Assembly: GCF_002075285.3 (NCBI RefSeq)
Contig: NZ_CP021983.2
Location: 4,800,001-4,832,000, forward strand
Source: Halomicronema hongdechloris C2206
Lineage (GTDB): Bacteria; Cyanobacteriota; Cyanobacteriia; Phormidesmidales; Phormidesmidaceae
DNA: 32,000 nucleotides
Direction of reading: 5' to 3'
In this document: piece by piece, positions 18,531 through 28,735 of the stretch
Layout: every line of letters starts with the position of its first letter
Numbering within the stretch: position 1 is the stretch's first letter
Program-made: the position numbers and the translations under genes
The notes under the pieces: model-generated
Database searches by the model: none
What the model was told of the DNA's origin: nothing
What the model saw: only the letters and a program-made list of their open reading frames with translations

Positions 18531-19853
18531 ATGAAAGCCATCGTCCTGATTCCCATTGTTGTGTTGGCGAAGCTGCTGATTCGCCTGCTGCGGTTGAGTG
18601 GACGCGGCTCTGGTACGGCGTTGCCGGGTCTGTTGGTGAATCGCTATTTCCCCTTCGTGTTTCCGGCCCTGGTGGCCCAGATTCCCTACATCATCGTCAT
18701 CACCGGCACTAATGGGAAGACCACCACCCAAACCATGCTCAGTGCCATTCTGGGGCAACGGCCCCAGATGCGGGTGCTACGTAATCAGGCGGGGGCGAAT
18801 CTGAGTCAGGGTATTTTGTCGCAGTTGTTGCGGCAGGCCGATCTCCGGGGTCGTCTGCAGGCCACCCATGCCATCTTCGAGGTGGAAGAGGCCACCCTGC
18901 CTCGCATCGCTCGCCTGCTGCGGCCCGATATCATTGCCGTCACCAACTTGTATCGGGACCAGCTGGATGCCTATGGCGAAACCGACATGACGGAAAAGTT
19001 GATTCGGGATGGCATTGGCCAATGCCCGCAAGCGACGGTGGTGCTGAATGGCAATGATCCGCGCACGGCCCGCCTCACCCAGGGGCTAGCCAACCCTACC
19101 TACTGGATTGCCCTGACCGATGCCATTGCCCGGCAGTTGCCCTATGAGGGTACTCCCCGAGCCACGGATTCCCTGAGTCAGAATATCTTGCGGGCCACCC
19201 AGATTCAAATTCAGCCGGATTTAACCAGCACCTGCGAGGTCAGCGGAGTCCTTGATGATCAGCCCATTTCGGGAGTCTCAGTTAAGGTATTAGCTCCGGG
19301 CTTCTTCCATGTCTACAATGCCCTCACGGCCCTGGCCATCGCCCAGCGTCTGGGCCTTACTCTCCCAGAGGCGGCCCAGGGGTTGCAGCGGTTTAACCCG
19401 GCCTTTGGTCGCGGGGAAATTCTGGTGAAGCGGCGGGGAGGGACCCAGGTCTGCTATCAGGTGCTGTTGATTAAGAATCCGGCTGGGTTCACCCTGACCC
19501 TGGAATTGCTGAAGCGGCTGCCGGCCTTAAAGTTGCTGCTGATCATCAACGACAATACCGCCGACGGCAAAGATGTGTCTTGGCTCTGGGACAGCGAGCT
19601 GGAGCGGCTACAGGGAGCCGACCTGGCGTGGATCCTCTGCAGTGGCATTCGGGCTAAGGATATGGCGGTGCGGCTAAAATATGCCCTGGCGGCAGCCCCT
19701 GGCAGCCCTTGCCCGATCGCGGTCTGCGAGTCGATTCCGGCGGCCATCGATCAGACCTGCAGTCGCGGCCAAGACGGCGATACCATCTATGTACTGCCCA
19801 CTTATACGGCCATGCTGGCTTTCCGCAAGGCCATGGGTAAAGTGCTGGAGTAG
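18531..19853 (+). CDS. murT: Mur-ligase-family protein MurT (lipid II isoglutaminyl synthase subunit) with C-terminal DUF1727
   Basis: P-loop ITGTNGKTTT, NLYRDQLDAYGET (recalled MurT motif NLFRDQLDRYGE) and DGKDVSWLWDSELE (DUF1727 signature). It starts 8 nt after the cyclophilin stop. Confidence 0.85.
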   Translation: MKAIVLIPIVVLAKLLIRLLRLSGRGSGTALPGLLVNRYFPFVFPALVAQIPYIIVITGTNGKTTTQTMLSAILGQRPQMRVLRNQAGANLSQGILSQLLRQADLRGRLQATHAIFEVEEATLPRIARLLRPDIIAVTNLYRDQLDAYGETDMTEKLIRDGIGQCPQATVVLNGNDPRTARLTQGLANPTYWIALTDAIARQLPYEGTPRATDSLSQNILRATQIQIQPDLTSTCEVSGVLDDQPISGVSVKVLAPGFFHVYNALTALAIAQRLGLTLPEAAQGLQRFNPAFGRGEILVKRRGGTQVCYQVLLIKNPAGFTLTLELLKRLPALKLLLIINDNTADGKDVSWLWDSELERLQGADLAWILCSGIRAKDMAVRLKYALAAAPGSPCPIAVCESIPAAIDQTCSRGQDGDTIYVLPTYTAMLAFRKAMGKVLE

Positions 19854-19863
19854 ATATCTGTGA

Positions 19864-20685
19864 ATGGCCATGGCGCTGCAGTTGACCCTGACCCACCTCT
19901 ATCCCACCCACTTGAATCTCTATGGAGATACGGGCAATGTGTTGGTGCTGCGGCAGCGCTGCCAGTGGATGGGCATTGACTGCCGGGTGCGATCGCAAGA
20001 GATCGGAGACACAGCTGACCCGGGGCAGACGGATTTGTACTTCATGGGGGGCGGTCAAGATCACGATCAGCTGATGGTCGTGGATGATTTTCATCGACTC
20101 AAGGCTGAGGCCATTTACCAAGATACGGAGAGTGATCGGGTGTTTTTAGGGGTGTGCGGGGGCTACCAGTTGATGGGCCACACCTTTCTCATGGGCAATG
20201 GCCAGGAAACACAGGGATTGGGCATTATCGATGTCCGCACTCGGGCCCCTAGTACCGAGGTGAAGCAGCGCTGCATTGGCAACCTGATTGCGGAACTCTC
20301 CCCGGACATTTACCAACAGATGCAGACCATCTACACCGAGCCGAAGCCGATTCCTCGGACTCTGGTGGGGTTTGAAAATCATTCTGGCCAGACCTGCTTG
20401 GGGGCGACGGTGGTGCCGTTAGCGACAACGCTATCTGGCTTTGGCAACAATGCCTTCGAAGGCCATGAAGGGGCTCGCCATCGCAATATCTTTGGCAGCT
20501 ATATGCATGGATCGCTATTGCCGAAGAATCCCCATTTGGCTGACTATCTGCTCTGGCTGGCCCTGAGTCGCAAATATAATGATCCGGAACTCACGCTGCC
20601 GGCCCTGGATGATGCGGAAGAACTGGCAGCCCATCACCATGTGATGCAGCGCTATGGTCGCTCGGCGGCGTTGCATTCGGGCTGA
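19864..20685 (+). CDS. gatD: CobB/CobQ-type glutamine amidotransferase GatD (glutaminase partner of MurT)
   Basis: Nucleophile context GVCGGYQLMG and a His near GSYMHGSLLPKNP. It starts 10 nt after the murT stop. Confidence 0.85.
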   Translation: MAMALQLTLTHLYPTHLNLYGDTGNVLVLRQRCQWMGIDCRVRSQEIGDTADPGQTDLYFMGGGQDHDQLMVVDDFHRLKAEAIYQDTESDRVFLGVCGGYQLMGHTFLMGNGQETQGLGIIDVRTRAPSTEVKQRCIGNLIAELSPDIYQQMQTIYTEPKPIPRTLVGFENHSGQTCLGATVVPLATTLSGFGNNAFEGHEGARHRNIFGSYMHGSLLPKNPHLADYLLWLALSRKYNDPELTLPALDDAEELAAHHHVMQRYGRSAALHSG

Positions 20686-20987
20686 CCAAAGCCCCTGAGG
20701 CCGCCCAGCCGTGGGAGCAGGCGTGCTAGTCGTGATACAAGATAGAAGCGGACTCAGTGCTATGGTCCCCAACGGAGGGATCATATGCCCTTTGGGATAG
20801 TGTCAACGATCTCTAGATAGCTATTGCATTTGTCAGGTAGCTTAGGACATTGAGAATCGCTGACATGCCTAGACTAGGGAGCTACCTGACCGCAACCGTC
20901 CTAAGCATAGGCCCGGTTGCTATAGGCGTTGATGAGAGGAGAAACGGGTGCAGCCTACAGGACAGGCTATTACCTTGAGGTAACTGT

Positions 20988-21429
20988 ATGGATCGTCGAG
21001 AGTTTTTAGGTTGGATTGGGATTGGTTGTTTGGGCAGTTCATTGCCGGTTGCGATCGCAGCTTGCACCCCCTAGGTCTCAATCCCCCCAATCGGAATCGG
21101 AGGCAGAGTCTGAATATGTTGAGGTAGCCAGCCTCAGCCAGTTTGGCGAAAATAGCCAAGTTCTCAGCGAGGACTCGCCGGTGGGCACCATCCTGCTGGC
21201 TCGCTCTCCCAACAGTCCGGATGTGATCTATGCCGTCAACCCTACCTGCACCCATGCCGGCTGCACCGTGGATTGGAACGTGGCCCGGGAGCTATTTGTC
21301 TGCCCCTGCCACCAGTCTCAATACGCCGTCGATGGCGATGTGGTGGGTGGTCCGGCCCCCAGCCCCTTACCCCGATTCAACGTCAAAGTCGAGGGGGATC
21401 GGGTCTTGGTCAAACCCCTGCCCGGCTAA
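20988..21429 (+). CDS. Small Rieske [2Fe-2S] protein (PetC3-like); Tat/lipoprotein signal separated from the mature domain by a frameshift
   Basis: Rieske boxes CTHAGC and CPCH lie in ORF 21016..21429. The ATG at 20988 encodes MDRREFLGWIGIGCLGSSLPVAIAACTP* (twin-arginine motif plus lipobox IAAC) in another frame. The frames meet at the C5 run at 21067-21071. Confidence 0.8.
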
Positions 21430-21555
21430 CGATGAAATTTATGGCTTCACCTCTCTCTAGGCGTGTCTCTGGGGCCAAATTGGGCTAAGCTATTTAGCGA
21501 ATTACTGACATCTGTCTTTGCGGCCAACAGCTGGGACTATCGCGCTCTGTGCTAT

Positions 21556-21585
21556 CCAGGGATACTCAGGCCAGGGATCCTCAGG
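21556..21585. repeat. 15-bp tandem duplication with one mismatch
   Basis: ccagggatactcagg at 21556-21570 is followed by ccagggatcctcagg at 21571-21585, in the gap upstream of the M23 peptidase gene. Confidence 0.85.
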
Positions 21586-21618
21586 CGGTTGGCTCACCCT
21601 AGTTTCATCTAGTGGGCA

Positions 21619-22290
21619 GTGCCTATGACACGCTTGTTGACGACGCTGATTCGTTTTTCTAGGCGAGCCGGATTGCTACGGCGGCGATCGGTAGGAATGC
21701 TGGCGGTGGCCGGGATCAGTCTCTGGGGCATAGTCGATCTGGTCCAGCATCCGGCCCAGGTAGATGCGGTGGAGGTTGCCGCCGGTAACGTTGCGATCGC
21801 AGATCCCTGGCAAGGGGCCTCCTTCCCGGTGGAAAACTTCCAAGCCTACACCTCTCCCTTCGGCTATCGCCAAGATCCCTACAGCGGCGGGCAGCGCTTC
21901 CACTATGGCCTCGACCTAGCCGCTCCCTCCGGCAGTTATGTGCGCAACTGGTGGGGCGGCCAAGTGATAGAAGTCTCCGACAATAGCTCCTGCGGCACCT
22001 CTATCGTCGTCCGCTCCGGCGACTGGCGTCACATCTACTGCCACATGCACGGCCACGTAGTGCAGGAAAACGGCCGCCGCTACATGCAAGACAGCCACGG
22101 GGGCCTTCGCATTGTCGAGGGGCAGCGACTGCCGGCTGGGGCCCGCATCGGTCGAGTCGGCATGACCGGCCGCACCACCGGACCGCACCTGCACTGGGGC
22201 TTGAAATATCGGGGCAGTTGGGTCGATCCGGCTCTAGTGCTGCAGGCCATGTATCGCAGTCAGCGAGCCGCTCTGCAGAGTCCTAACTAG
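21619..22290 (+). CDS. M23 family (LytM-type) metallopeptidase
   Basis: HxxxD motif ([10 protein letters not shown]) and HxH motif (GPHLHWGL), with an N-terminal membrane anchor. An alternative ATG lies at 21625. Confidence 0.85.
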   Translation: MPMTRLLTTLIRFSRRAGLLRRRSVGMLAVAGISLWGIVDLVQHPAQVDAVEVAAGNVAIADPWQGASFPVENFQAYTSPFGYRQDPYSGGQRFHYGLDLAAPSGSYVRNWWGGQVIEVSDNSSCGTSIVVRSGDWRHIYCHMHGHVVQENGRRYMQDSHGGLRIVEGQRLPAGARIGRVGMTGRTTGPHLHWGLKYRGSWVDPALVLQAMYRSQRAALQSPN

Positions 22291-24190
22291 AGGCCGATGG
22301 CGTCAACTGCTTCTCGGGAATCGGAGTATACTCACTGACGATCTGGCGGAACTGGTCTCCGTCCATGGTCTCCATATCCAGCAATAGGTCGACCAAGCGA
22401 TCCATCAGCGACCGATGCTGGCGCAGAATTTGGCGAGCCTTGCCATAGCAGTGGTTGGCGATGGTGCGCACCTGCTCATCAATCTGGGTGGCCATGGCTT
22501 CTGAATATTCAGAGCGGGGCATCATATTACGGCCTAAGAATACCTCCGTGCCCATGTTTTCCAGGGCCACTGGCCCCAGGTCTGACATGCCGTAGAGGGT
22601 CACCATCTGCCGAGCCAGGGTGGTCACCTGCTTGATGTCGCCGTTAGCACCGGTGGTGATCTCTAGGTCGCCGTAGACCTCTGCCTCCGCCGCTAGACCG
22701 CCCAGGGCCACGGTAATGCGATCCAGCAGCCAACTGCGGGTGTAGAGCCCGCTGTCGATCAGATCCTCGTTGGGCAGGGATTGGGTAAAGCCTTCGACGC
22801 CGCCAGAGCGGGGAATAATCGTGACTTTATTGAGGGCATCGGAGTGCTCCAGCAGGGTGGTCAGCAGGGCATGGCCCACTTCGTGGTAAGCGGTCATGCG
22901 CTTGCGGGTGCTGTCGAGCAGAGGGGTGAGGCTAAGGCCGATGGTGAGGCGGTCGATGGCATCCTCGATGTCTTGCATGGTGATTGCCTCTTTGCGGCGA
23001 CGGGCCGTGAGGATGGCCGCTTCATTCAGCAGGTTGGCCAACTCGGCCCCAGAAAAGCCGGGGGTGCGACGAGCCACGGCCTCCAGAGACACCTCTGGGT
23101 CAATTTTCTTGGTGCGAGCGTGGACCTCTAGAATGGCCAGCCGCCCCTTGTAGGTGGGCAGATCGACGATGATCTGGCGATCGAATCGGCCCGGCCGCAA
23201 CAGGGCAAAATCCAAGACGTCGGGGCGGTTGGTGGCGGCAATGACGATGATGCCACTATTGCCCTCGAAGCCATCCATCTCGGTCAACAACTGGTTCAGG
23301 GTCTGCTCCCGCTCATCGTTACCACCGCCGATGCCGGTGCCCCGTTGGCGACCGACGGCGTCGATTTCATCGATGAAGACGATGCAGGGGGCATTGTCTT
23401 TGGCCTTTTTGAACAGATCCCGTACTCGCGAGGCCCCGACACCGACGAACATCTCCACAAACTCGGAGCCGGAAATGCTGAAGAAGGGCACTCCGGCCTC
23501 ACCAGCGATGGCTTTGGCCAGCAGGGTCTTACCGGTGCCCGGTTGGCCAATCAACAGCACCCCCTTGGGGATGCGAGCCCCAATGGCCGTAAACTTCTCG
23601 GGCTTCTTCAGGAAGGAGACGACTTCCTGCAGCTCTTCTTTGGCCTCTTCGATACCGGCCACATCGTCGAATAGCACGCCGGTCTTGGCTTCCATCTGGA
23701 ACCGAGCCCGGGAGCGCCCGAAGTTCATGGCTCCCCCTGCCCCCGAAGCCGAGCGCCGCAGGATCAGCAGCAGCCCTAATACCAAAATCATCACGAAGAG
23801 TGAGTTGGTGGCGAGCCAGGCTATGGCCCCATTGCCACTGGCATCGGCGATCTCGACGTCAACATCGTTGGCTCGCAGCCGCCGAATCAGCTCGGGATTG
23901 CGGTCGTTGCTGAAGAGCACCACCTGGCGCGGCGGCTCATCCTCGGCCTGGTTACTCAGTTGCACCGTTGCCTTGCCCCGACTGGGATCGATATTGACCT
24001 GCTCTACTTGGCCCTGGTCGATCTTCTCTAAGAACTCTCCATAGGTCAGCTCTTCGCTCTCTGCCTGGGCTAGGGCCGGCGGTAGGGGCGTTAAACTCTG
24101 CAAGAGACACCACGCTACCGTCAAGGCCCCGGTTGCCATGGCACCGGGGGATAGGCGGCGAGGATGTCTACGGGGTGGATGCATGGTCAT
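22283..24190 (-). CDS. ftsH: ATP-dependent zinc metalloprotease FtsH
   Basis: Walker [19 protein letters not shown], Walker [32 protein letters not shown] and zinc site HEVGHAL. It overlaps the convergent M23 gene by 8 nt. Confidence 0.97.
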   Translation of the reverse strand: MTMHPPRRHPRRLSPGAMATGALTVAWCLLQSLTPLPPALAQAESEELTYGEFLEKIDQGQVEQVNIDPSRGKATVQLSNQAEDEPPRQVVLFSNDRNPELIRRLRANDVDVEIADASGNGAIAWLATNSLFVMILVLGLLLILRRSASGAGGAMNFGRSRARFQMEAKTGVLFDDVAGIEEAKEELQEVVSFLKKPEKFTAIGARIPKGVLLIGQPGTGKTLLAKAIAGEAGVPFFSISGSEFVEMFVGVGASRVRDLFKKAKDNAPCIVFIDEIDAVGRQRGTGIGGGNDEREQTLNQLLTEMDGFEGNSGIIVIAATNRPDVLDFALLRPGRFDRQIIVDLPTYKGRLAILEVHARTKKIDPEVSLEAVARRTPGFSGAELANLLNEAAILTARRRKEAITMQDIEDAIDRLTIGLSLTPLLDSTRKRMTAYHEVGHALLTTLLEHSDALNKVTIIPRSGGVEGFTQSLPNEDLIDSGLYTRSWLLDRITVALGGLAAEAEVYGDLEITTGANGDIKQVTTLARQMVTLYGMSDLGPVALENMGTEVFLGRNMMPRSEYSEAMATQIDEQVRTIANHCYGKARQILRQHRSLMDRLVDLLLDMETMDGDQFRQIVSEYTPIPEKQLTPSASS

Positions 24191-24514
24191 CTCTGGGGTC
24201 TTAGCCTAATGGATATATACGGGTGAGGTGGGCCAGGTGCCTAGTACTCTGTGGCAGCAATAATGCCTCTGTTGACTAGCGCGGCAAGGCCTGCATGTAT
24301 CAGGATGTCCCTTTCTGCCTCTGCCTTCCCTATGCCCTCCGGGCAGGCTATGCCAACGACTTCGTTGCCCCTGCGGGGCCGCTACGTGCTTGGCGGAGCC
24401 TGACTGAAAGTCATACAGGGCAAGCTGCCTTAGCATCCTAGCTGCATACTGCCCTAGATTTTGCTCTAGCGGCTAGGGGAACTGGGCCAGGAGATCTGAA
24501 TCACCAGACCATGA

Positions 24515-25654
24515 CTAGTCTAGCTTCCTCACTCGATGCTGCGGCCAGCGGGCCAGGGCCAGGGCCGCATTCTGACCGCCAAAGCCGAAGCTGAGGCAGA
24601 GGGTGGCTTGGATGGACGCTGCGGTGGCCGCTCGTACCAGGTTGAGATCAAAGGCGGGCTGCCGTAGGCCCACGCAGGGGGGCAGGGTCTGGTGGCCGGG
24701 CCAACAGGCTCAGGGCCACGCCAATGGCGCCGGAGGCTCCCAGGGTATGGCCGGTAGCCCCCTTGGTGGACGTGATCGCCGGGCGATGGGGAAAGCACTG
24801 CTGTAGCAACTGGGCCTCGGTCTGGTCATTGAGGCGAGTGCTGGTGCCATGGGCGTGGATCCAGTCGACCTGATCGGGGCAGAGCTGGCTGCGCTGCAGG
24901 CAGGTGGCCAGGGCGGTGTGGCGACTGCGTTGAGCCGGATCTGGGGCGCTGACATGATAGCCGTCGGCGGTAATGCCGACCCCCAGCAGTTGACCGTAGA
25001 TGGGAGCCTGACGACGCTGGGCCACTTCTGCCGACTCCAATACCAACATGGCCGCCCCTTCCCCTAACACTAGGCCTTGGCGCTGGCTATCGAAGGGATA
25101 ACATCCGTGTTGGGCCAAGGCGCCCATCTTCTCGAAGCCGGCCAGGGTTAGGGGGGTGATGGGGGCTTCGACGGCGCCGGCCAGGATGCGATCGCATCGT
25201 CCCGTGCGGATCCACTCATAGCCGTGAGCCAGGCACCACAGCCCGGTGGCACAGGCGGCCATGGGCGCCAGGGTCGGCCCAGGGAGCCAATCTGGCGTGC
25301 CGCCGTGATCGCCCCCATGTGGGGCAGGGTCTGCAGCCAATGGGTGAGGGGGTGCCCGGCGGCAAAGGCCTCCCAGTCTCGCTGGTAGCCACGGCTAGAG
25401 CCAATGATCACCCCACAATCTGGCAGGGGCGGGGCCAGCCCAGCATCGGCCAGGGCCTGACGCACCGCCTGGCGCAGCAAGGGCCGCAGCTGCACCGGTC
25501 GCTTTCCCAGCATGGCTAAGGGGCGGGGCGGCAGCTCTGGGAAAGGGTGCCGACATGCGATCGCAGATTGCCCAGCTAACAACCGCCGCCATGTCGTCAG
25601 GGCATTCCCACCCAAGGCCGTCACCACACCAATGCCCGTCACCACTACATCCAT
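24515..25654 (-). pseudogene. Beta-ketoacyl-ACP synthase (KAS I/II family), with two frameshifts
   Basis: There are three collinear pieces. The first is MDVVVTGIGVVTALG...AITAARQIGS. The second is PTLAPMAACATG (active-site Cys)...HAHGTSTRLND...GHTLGASGAIG. The third, in a third frame, is HQTLPPCVGLRQPAFDLNLV...LCLSFGFGGQNAALALARW, with its stop at 24515-24517. The breaks are near 25275-25280 and 24694-24702. Confidence 0.85.
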
Positions 25655-25722
25655 ATCGTCGTGGTCGAGTACTAGAGCAGAAAGGCTGAATTTCTCAGGA
25701 TTTCCCCTTCTGCCTTAGCCTA

Positions 25723-26487
25723 CTAGGGATTAACCTGCAAGTTGTCTAACCCATCGGTCACCGTGGCCGACTCCAGGGTATCCCCCTGCTGAATGCCATC
25801 GACCACGTCCATGCCCTCTGTGACATAGCCAAACACGGCATAGTTACCATCCAAAAACGCCAAATCCCCTAGGGCAATATAAAACTGGGCCGAGGCCGAA
25901 TTGGGCATGTCAGAGCGAGCCATGGCCACGGCCCCGCGCGTATGGGGCAAGGCAGGTGACGCACTGATACCAGCCGCCTCAAAGGTCTTGCCATAGAGAG
26001 GCCGCTCCGCCTCAGCCGGCTTGATTTCCAAGGGAATATAGCGGGGGGTCTCCGTTTCCGGATCGACAAAATTACCTGTACCAAATCGTCGGGCCGGTAC
26101 ACTCGGATCCTTACTCAGGGGATCTCCCCCCTGCACCACAAAGGGCTCCGGCTCTCGAATCACCCGATGAAACACCGTGCCATCATAGACACCCCGCTCA
26201 ACCAGATCGACAAAATTACCCGCCGTTACTGGGGCATCATCACCGTCGATTTCAAGCACAATGGTGTCTCCATTCACCACCAATTCCACCGTAGCCAAGC
26301 CTTCTAGCACCGGTAACCCTGCCGTCGGATCGGTGGGTTCGGGGGCTACGGTCACCTCTTCCTCAGTCGGTGCACTGGGGCTAGAATCAACCGCCTCATC
26401 AGCAGGCGGCGTCCCGGTACAGCTTCCCAGCCACAGGGTCAGCGTTACTAAAAACAACAGCAGTCCCTGACGCATCTGAACACTCAT
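25723..26487 (-). CDS. Cyclophilin-type peptidyl-prolyl isomerase, predicted lipoprotein
   Basis: Signal and lipobox MSVQMRQGLLLFLVTLTLWLGSC. Cyclophilin core NFVDLVERGVYDGTVFHRVI...FVVQGGDP...GAVAMAR...NSASAQFYI...LDGNYAVFGYV. The ATG at 26487 has GGGAG upstream. Confidence 0.88.
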   Translation of the reverse strand: MSVQMRQGLLLFLVTLTLWLGSCTGTPPADEAVDSSPSAPTEEEVTVAPEPTDPTAGLPVLEGLATVELVVNGDTIVLEIDGDDAPVTAGNFVDLVERGVYDGTVFHRVIREPEPFVVQGGDPLSKDPSVPARRFGTGNFVDPETETPRYIPLEIKPAEAERPLYGKTFEAAGISASPALPHTRGAVAMARSDMPNSASAQFYIALGDLAFLDGNYAVFGYVTEGMDVVDGIQQGDTLESATVTDGLDNLQVNP

Positions 26488-26625
26488 GAATGGACTCCCG
26501 ACGAATGGGCAATCGTGTTTAAGGTGGTGATGACATACTGCGGCCTCAGTCCAGCAGCACAAGTTAGACCCTCATCCAGGCTTTAGACGACAGAGGAGGA
26601 ATTGACTGGGGGTACCCAGAAACCC

Positions 26626-27192
26626 CTACAGCCCTTCCAGCGGCACTTGCAAAAATCTGGCCAGCTCCGCCCCCTGATTCTCTAACTCAGAGAGAGGCAG
26701 GGGTTGCCCCACCCGAGTCAAGGGAATATCTGGTCGCCCTTTAATCCGCAGATACAGGGCTCGCTTAGGACTCAGCCCTTCCTTAATGGCCACGCGCACC
26801 GCAATCACATCCTCTAAGGGATGGATAATCTCGACCCGGCGATTCTTGCCCGGAAACCCTGAGCGGATAATGCGCACTTGGTCAGCCGTCTTATCGAACT
26901 CGTTGTAACCCCCGCCCACATCCCACAGCACAATCAACCACAGATATGCGGACAAGAGCAGGGCCAAGCCCCCGTAAAATCCCATAGCAATGCCTTGGGG
27001 AATGAAAACCAGTTGGGTGGGATCGGCGAAAGGCAGCAAATTGACGTTCAAATAGCTGGAAATCCCAGCCAATAGAAACCCCAAGCCTCCCAAGCAAGTC
27101 ACCGTAGCCCACCAGTAATTACTCAGACGGCGAGCACCGAGAACAGTGCGCTTGAGCACTTGATTATCAGCAGATTGGGCAGATACCGTCAT
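26626..27192 (-). CDS. ycf4: Photosystem I assembly protein Ycf4
   Basis: RRLSNYWWATVTCLGGLGFLLAGISSYL...FIPQGIAMGFYG...WDVGGGYNEFDK...IRSGFPGKNRR. Length is 188 aa. Confidence 0.93.
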   Translation of the reverse strand: MTVSAQSADNQVLKRTVLGARRLSNYWWATVTCLGGLGFLLAGISSYLNVNLLPFADPTQLVFIPQGIAMGFYGGLALLLSAYLWLIVLWDVGGGYNEFDKTADQVRIIRSGFPGKNRRVEIIHPLEDVIAVRVAIKEGLSPKRALYLRIKGRPDIPLTRVGQPLPLSELENQGAELARFLQVPLEGL

Positions 27193-27426
27193 AGACTGTT
27201 CATCAAATAATCATTAGCAATCCAATACCCTAGATCCGCGCTAGGAGTGGCCACGGCACGGAGCTTCGGTAGTTTCAAGCGCTAATAGAGATAGGGCTTC
27301 ACCGATTCAGACGCCGTCACCACCATCGGCAATTCCCAGTGTACTGAATCCTGTCCCATCCCTTAAAAACTTGATTCAGAAAGGCCCGATCAGCACCCAT
27401 TCCTTCCTGAGACACAACATGTCAGA

Positions 27427-27455
27427 TTGTAAAAAATTGAATCTCTCCGTATCAT
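27427..27455 (+). promoter_or_regulatory. Candidate sigma70-type promoter upstream of psbD
   Basis: TTGTAA (27427-27432), a 17-nt spacer, then TATCAT (27450-27455). It lies in the most AT-rich part of the ycf4-psbD gap, about 220 nt upstream of the psbD ATG. This is a pattern match only. Confidence 0.25.
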
Positions 27456-27676
27456 AATTAAAAACCTCGATCCCCTAAAGTAGTTCTAAGTAGGCTGCTT
27501 TGGGCTAGTCGCCAAGGTCGTCCAGTAGGGTTTCAGCGAGAACCTGCTGGTTTGCCAAGGGATGCGTCTCCTACGGTAAGACCTGGCTCCTCGCTTGGAG
27601 ACTCTTCCGTGGCCCAGGCCGGTGGAGATAGTCTCCATGTTTTATTGGACTGTATGTCATATAAAGAGGATTTGAC

Positions 27677-28735
27677 ATGACCATAGCAATGGGACGCGCG
27701 CAAGCTCAGCGAGGATGGTTCGACGTTCTCGATGACTGGCTGAAGCGCGATCGCTTTGTGTTTATCGGTTGGTCTGGCCTACTGCTGTTCCCCTGCGCCT
27801 ACCTGGCGATTGGGGGCTGGCTGACCGGTACCACCTTCGTCACCTCGTGGTATACCCACGGGTTAGCCTCCAGTTACCTGGAAGGCTGTAACTTTTTGAC
27901 CGTAGCCATCTCCACCCCCCCCGACAGCATGGGGCATTCGCTGCTGCTGCTGTGGGGACCTGAGGCCCAAGGCGACTTTGTGCGCTGGTGTCAGATCGGT
28001 GGTCTATGGACCTTCACGGCCCTGCATGGCGCTTTTGGTCTCATCGGCTTCATGCTGCGTCAGTTTGAGGTTGCTCGTCTAGTGGGCCTGCGGCCCTACA
28101 ACGCCATTGCCTTCTCCGCCCCGATTGCGGTATTTGTCTCGGTCTTTTTAATGTACCCGCTGGGGCAATCCAGCTGGTTCTTCGCCCCCAGCTTTGGCGT
28201 GGCAGCCATTTTCCGCTTTCTGCTGTTCTTCCAAGGGTTCCATAACTGGACCTTGAACCCGTTCCACATGATGGGGGTGGCTGGAGTGTTAGGCGGCGCC
28301 CTGTTGTGTGCCATTCACGGTGCCACCGTCGAGAACACCCTGTTCAAGGATGGGGAGAACGCCAACACGTTCCGTGCCTTTGAGCCGACCCAAGCGGAAG
28401 AGACCTACTCAATGGTGACGGCAAACCGATTCTGGTCTCAGATTTTCGGGATTGCCTTCTCCAACAAGCGCTGGCTGCACTTCTTCATGTTGTTTGTGCC
28501 AGTGACTGGTTTGTGGATGGCCTCAGTCGGTGTCGTGGGGTTAGCGGTAAACCTGCGGGCCTATGACTTTGTGTCGCAGGAGATACGAGCTGCCGAAGAC
28601 CCTGAGTTCGAGACGTTCTACACCAAGAATATTCTGCTGAACGAAGGCATCCGGGCTTGGATGGCGCCCACTGACCAACCCCATCAGAAGTTTGTATTCC
28701 CAGAAGAGGTACTGCCCCGTGGTAACGCTCTCTAG
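27677..28735 (+). CDS. psbD: Photosystem II D2 protein
   Basis: Full-length 352-aa D2: [18 protein letters not shown]...[27 protein letters not shown]...[18 protein letters not shown] lies upstream of the ATG. Confidence 0.98.
   Translation: MTIAMGRAQAQRGWFDVLDDWLKRDRFVFIGWSGLLLFPCAYLAIGGWLTGTTFVTSWYTHGLASSYLEGCNFLTVAISTPPDSMGHSLLLLWGPEAQGDFVRWCQIGGLWTFTALHGAFGLIGFMLRQFEVARLVGLRPYNAIAFSAPIAVFVSVFLMYPLGQSSWFFAPSFGVAAIFRFLLFFQGFHNWTLNPFHMMGVAGVLGGALLCAIHGATVENTLFKDGENANTFRAFEPTQAEETYSMVTANRFWSQIFGIAFSNKRWLHFFMLFVPVTGLWMASVGVVGLAVNLRAYDFVSQEIRAAEDPEFETFYTKNILLNEGIRAWMAPTDQPHQKFVFPEEVLPRGNAL

Noticed and set aside
19654-20121. 155-aa minus-strand ORF across the murT-gatD junction
   Set aside because: It is antisense to two confidently assigned genes and has no motif.
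23154-24044. 296-aa plus-strand ORF, with overlapping ORFs at 22781-23153 and 23345-23674
   Set aside because: It is entirely antisense to ftsH. The Ser/Pro/Arg/Ala-rich low-complexity translation is typical of shadow ORFs in GC-rich coding DNA.
24191-24514. 76-aa ORF (24206-24436, minus strand) and small hairpins such as gcccctgcggggc in the ftsH-KAS gap
   Set aside because: The ORF translation is Arg/His/Cys/Gly-rich with no start context. The region probably holds the ftsH promoter and short cyanobacterial intergenic repeats, but I could not define any element confidently.
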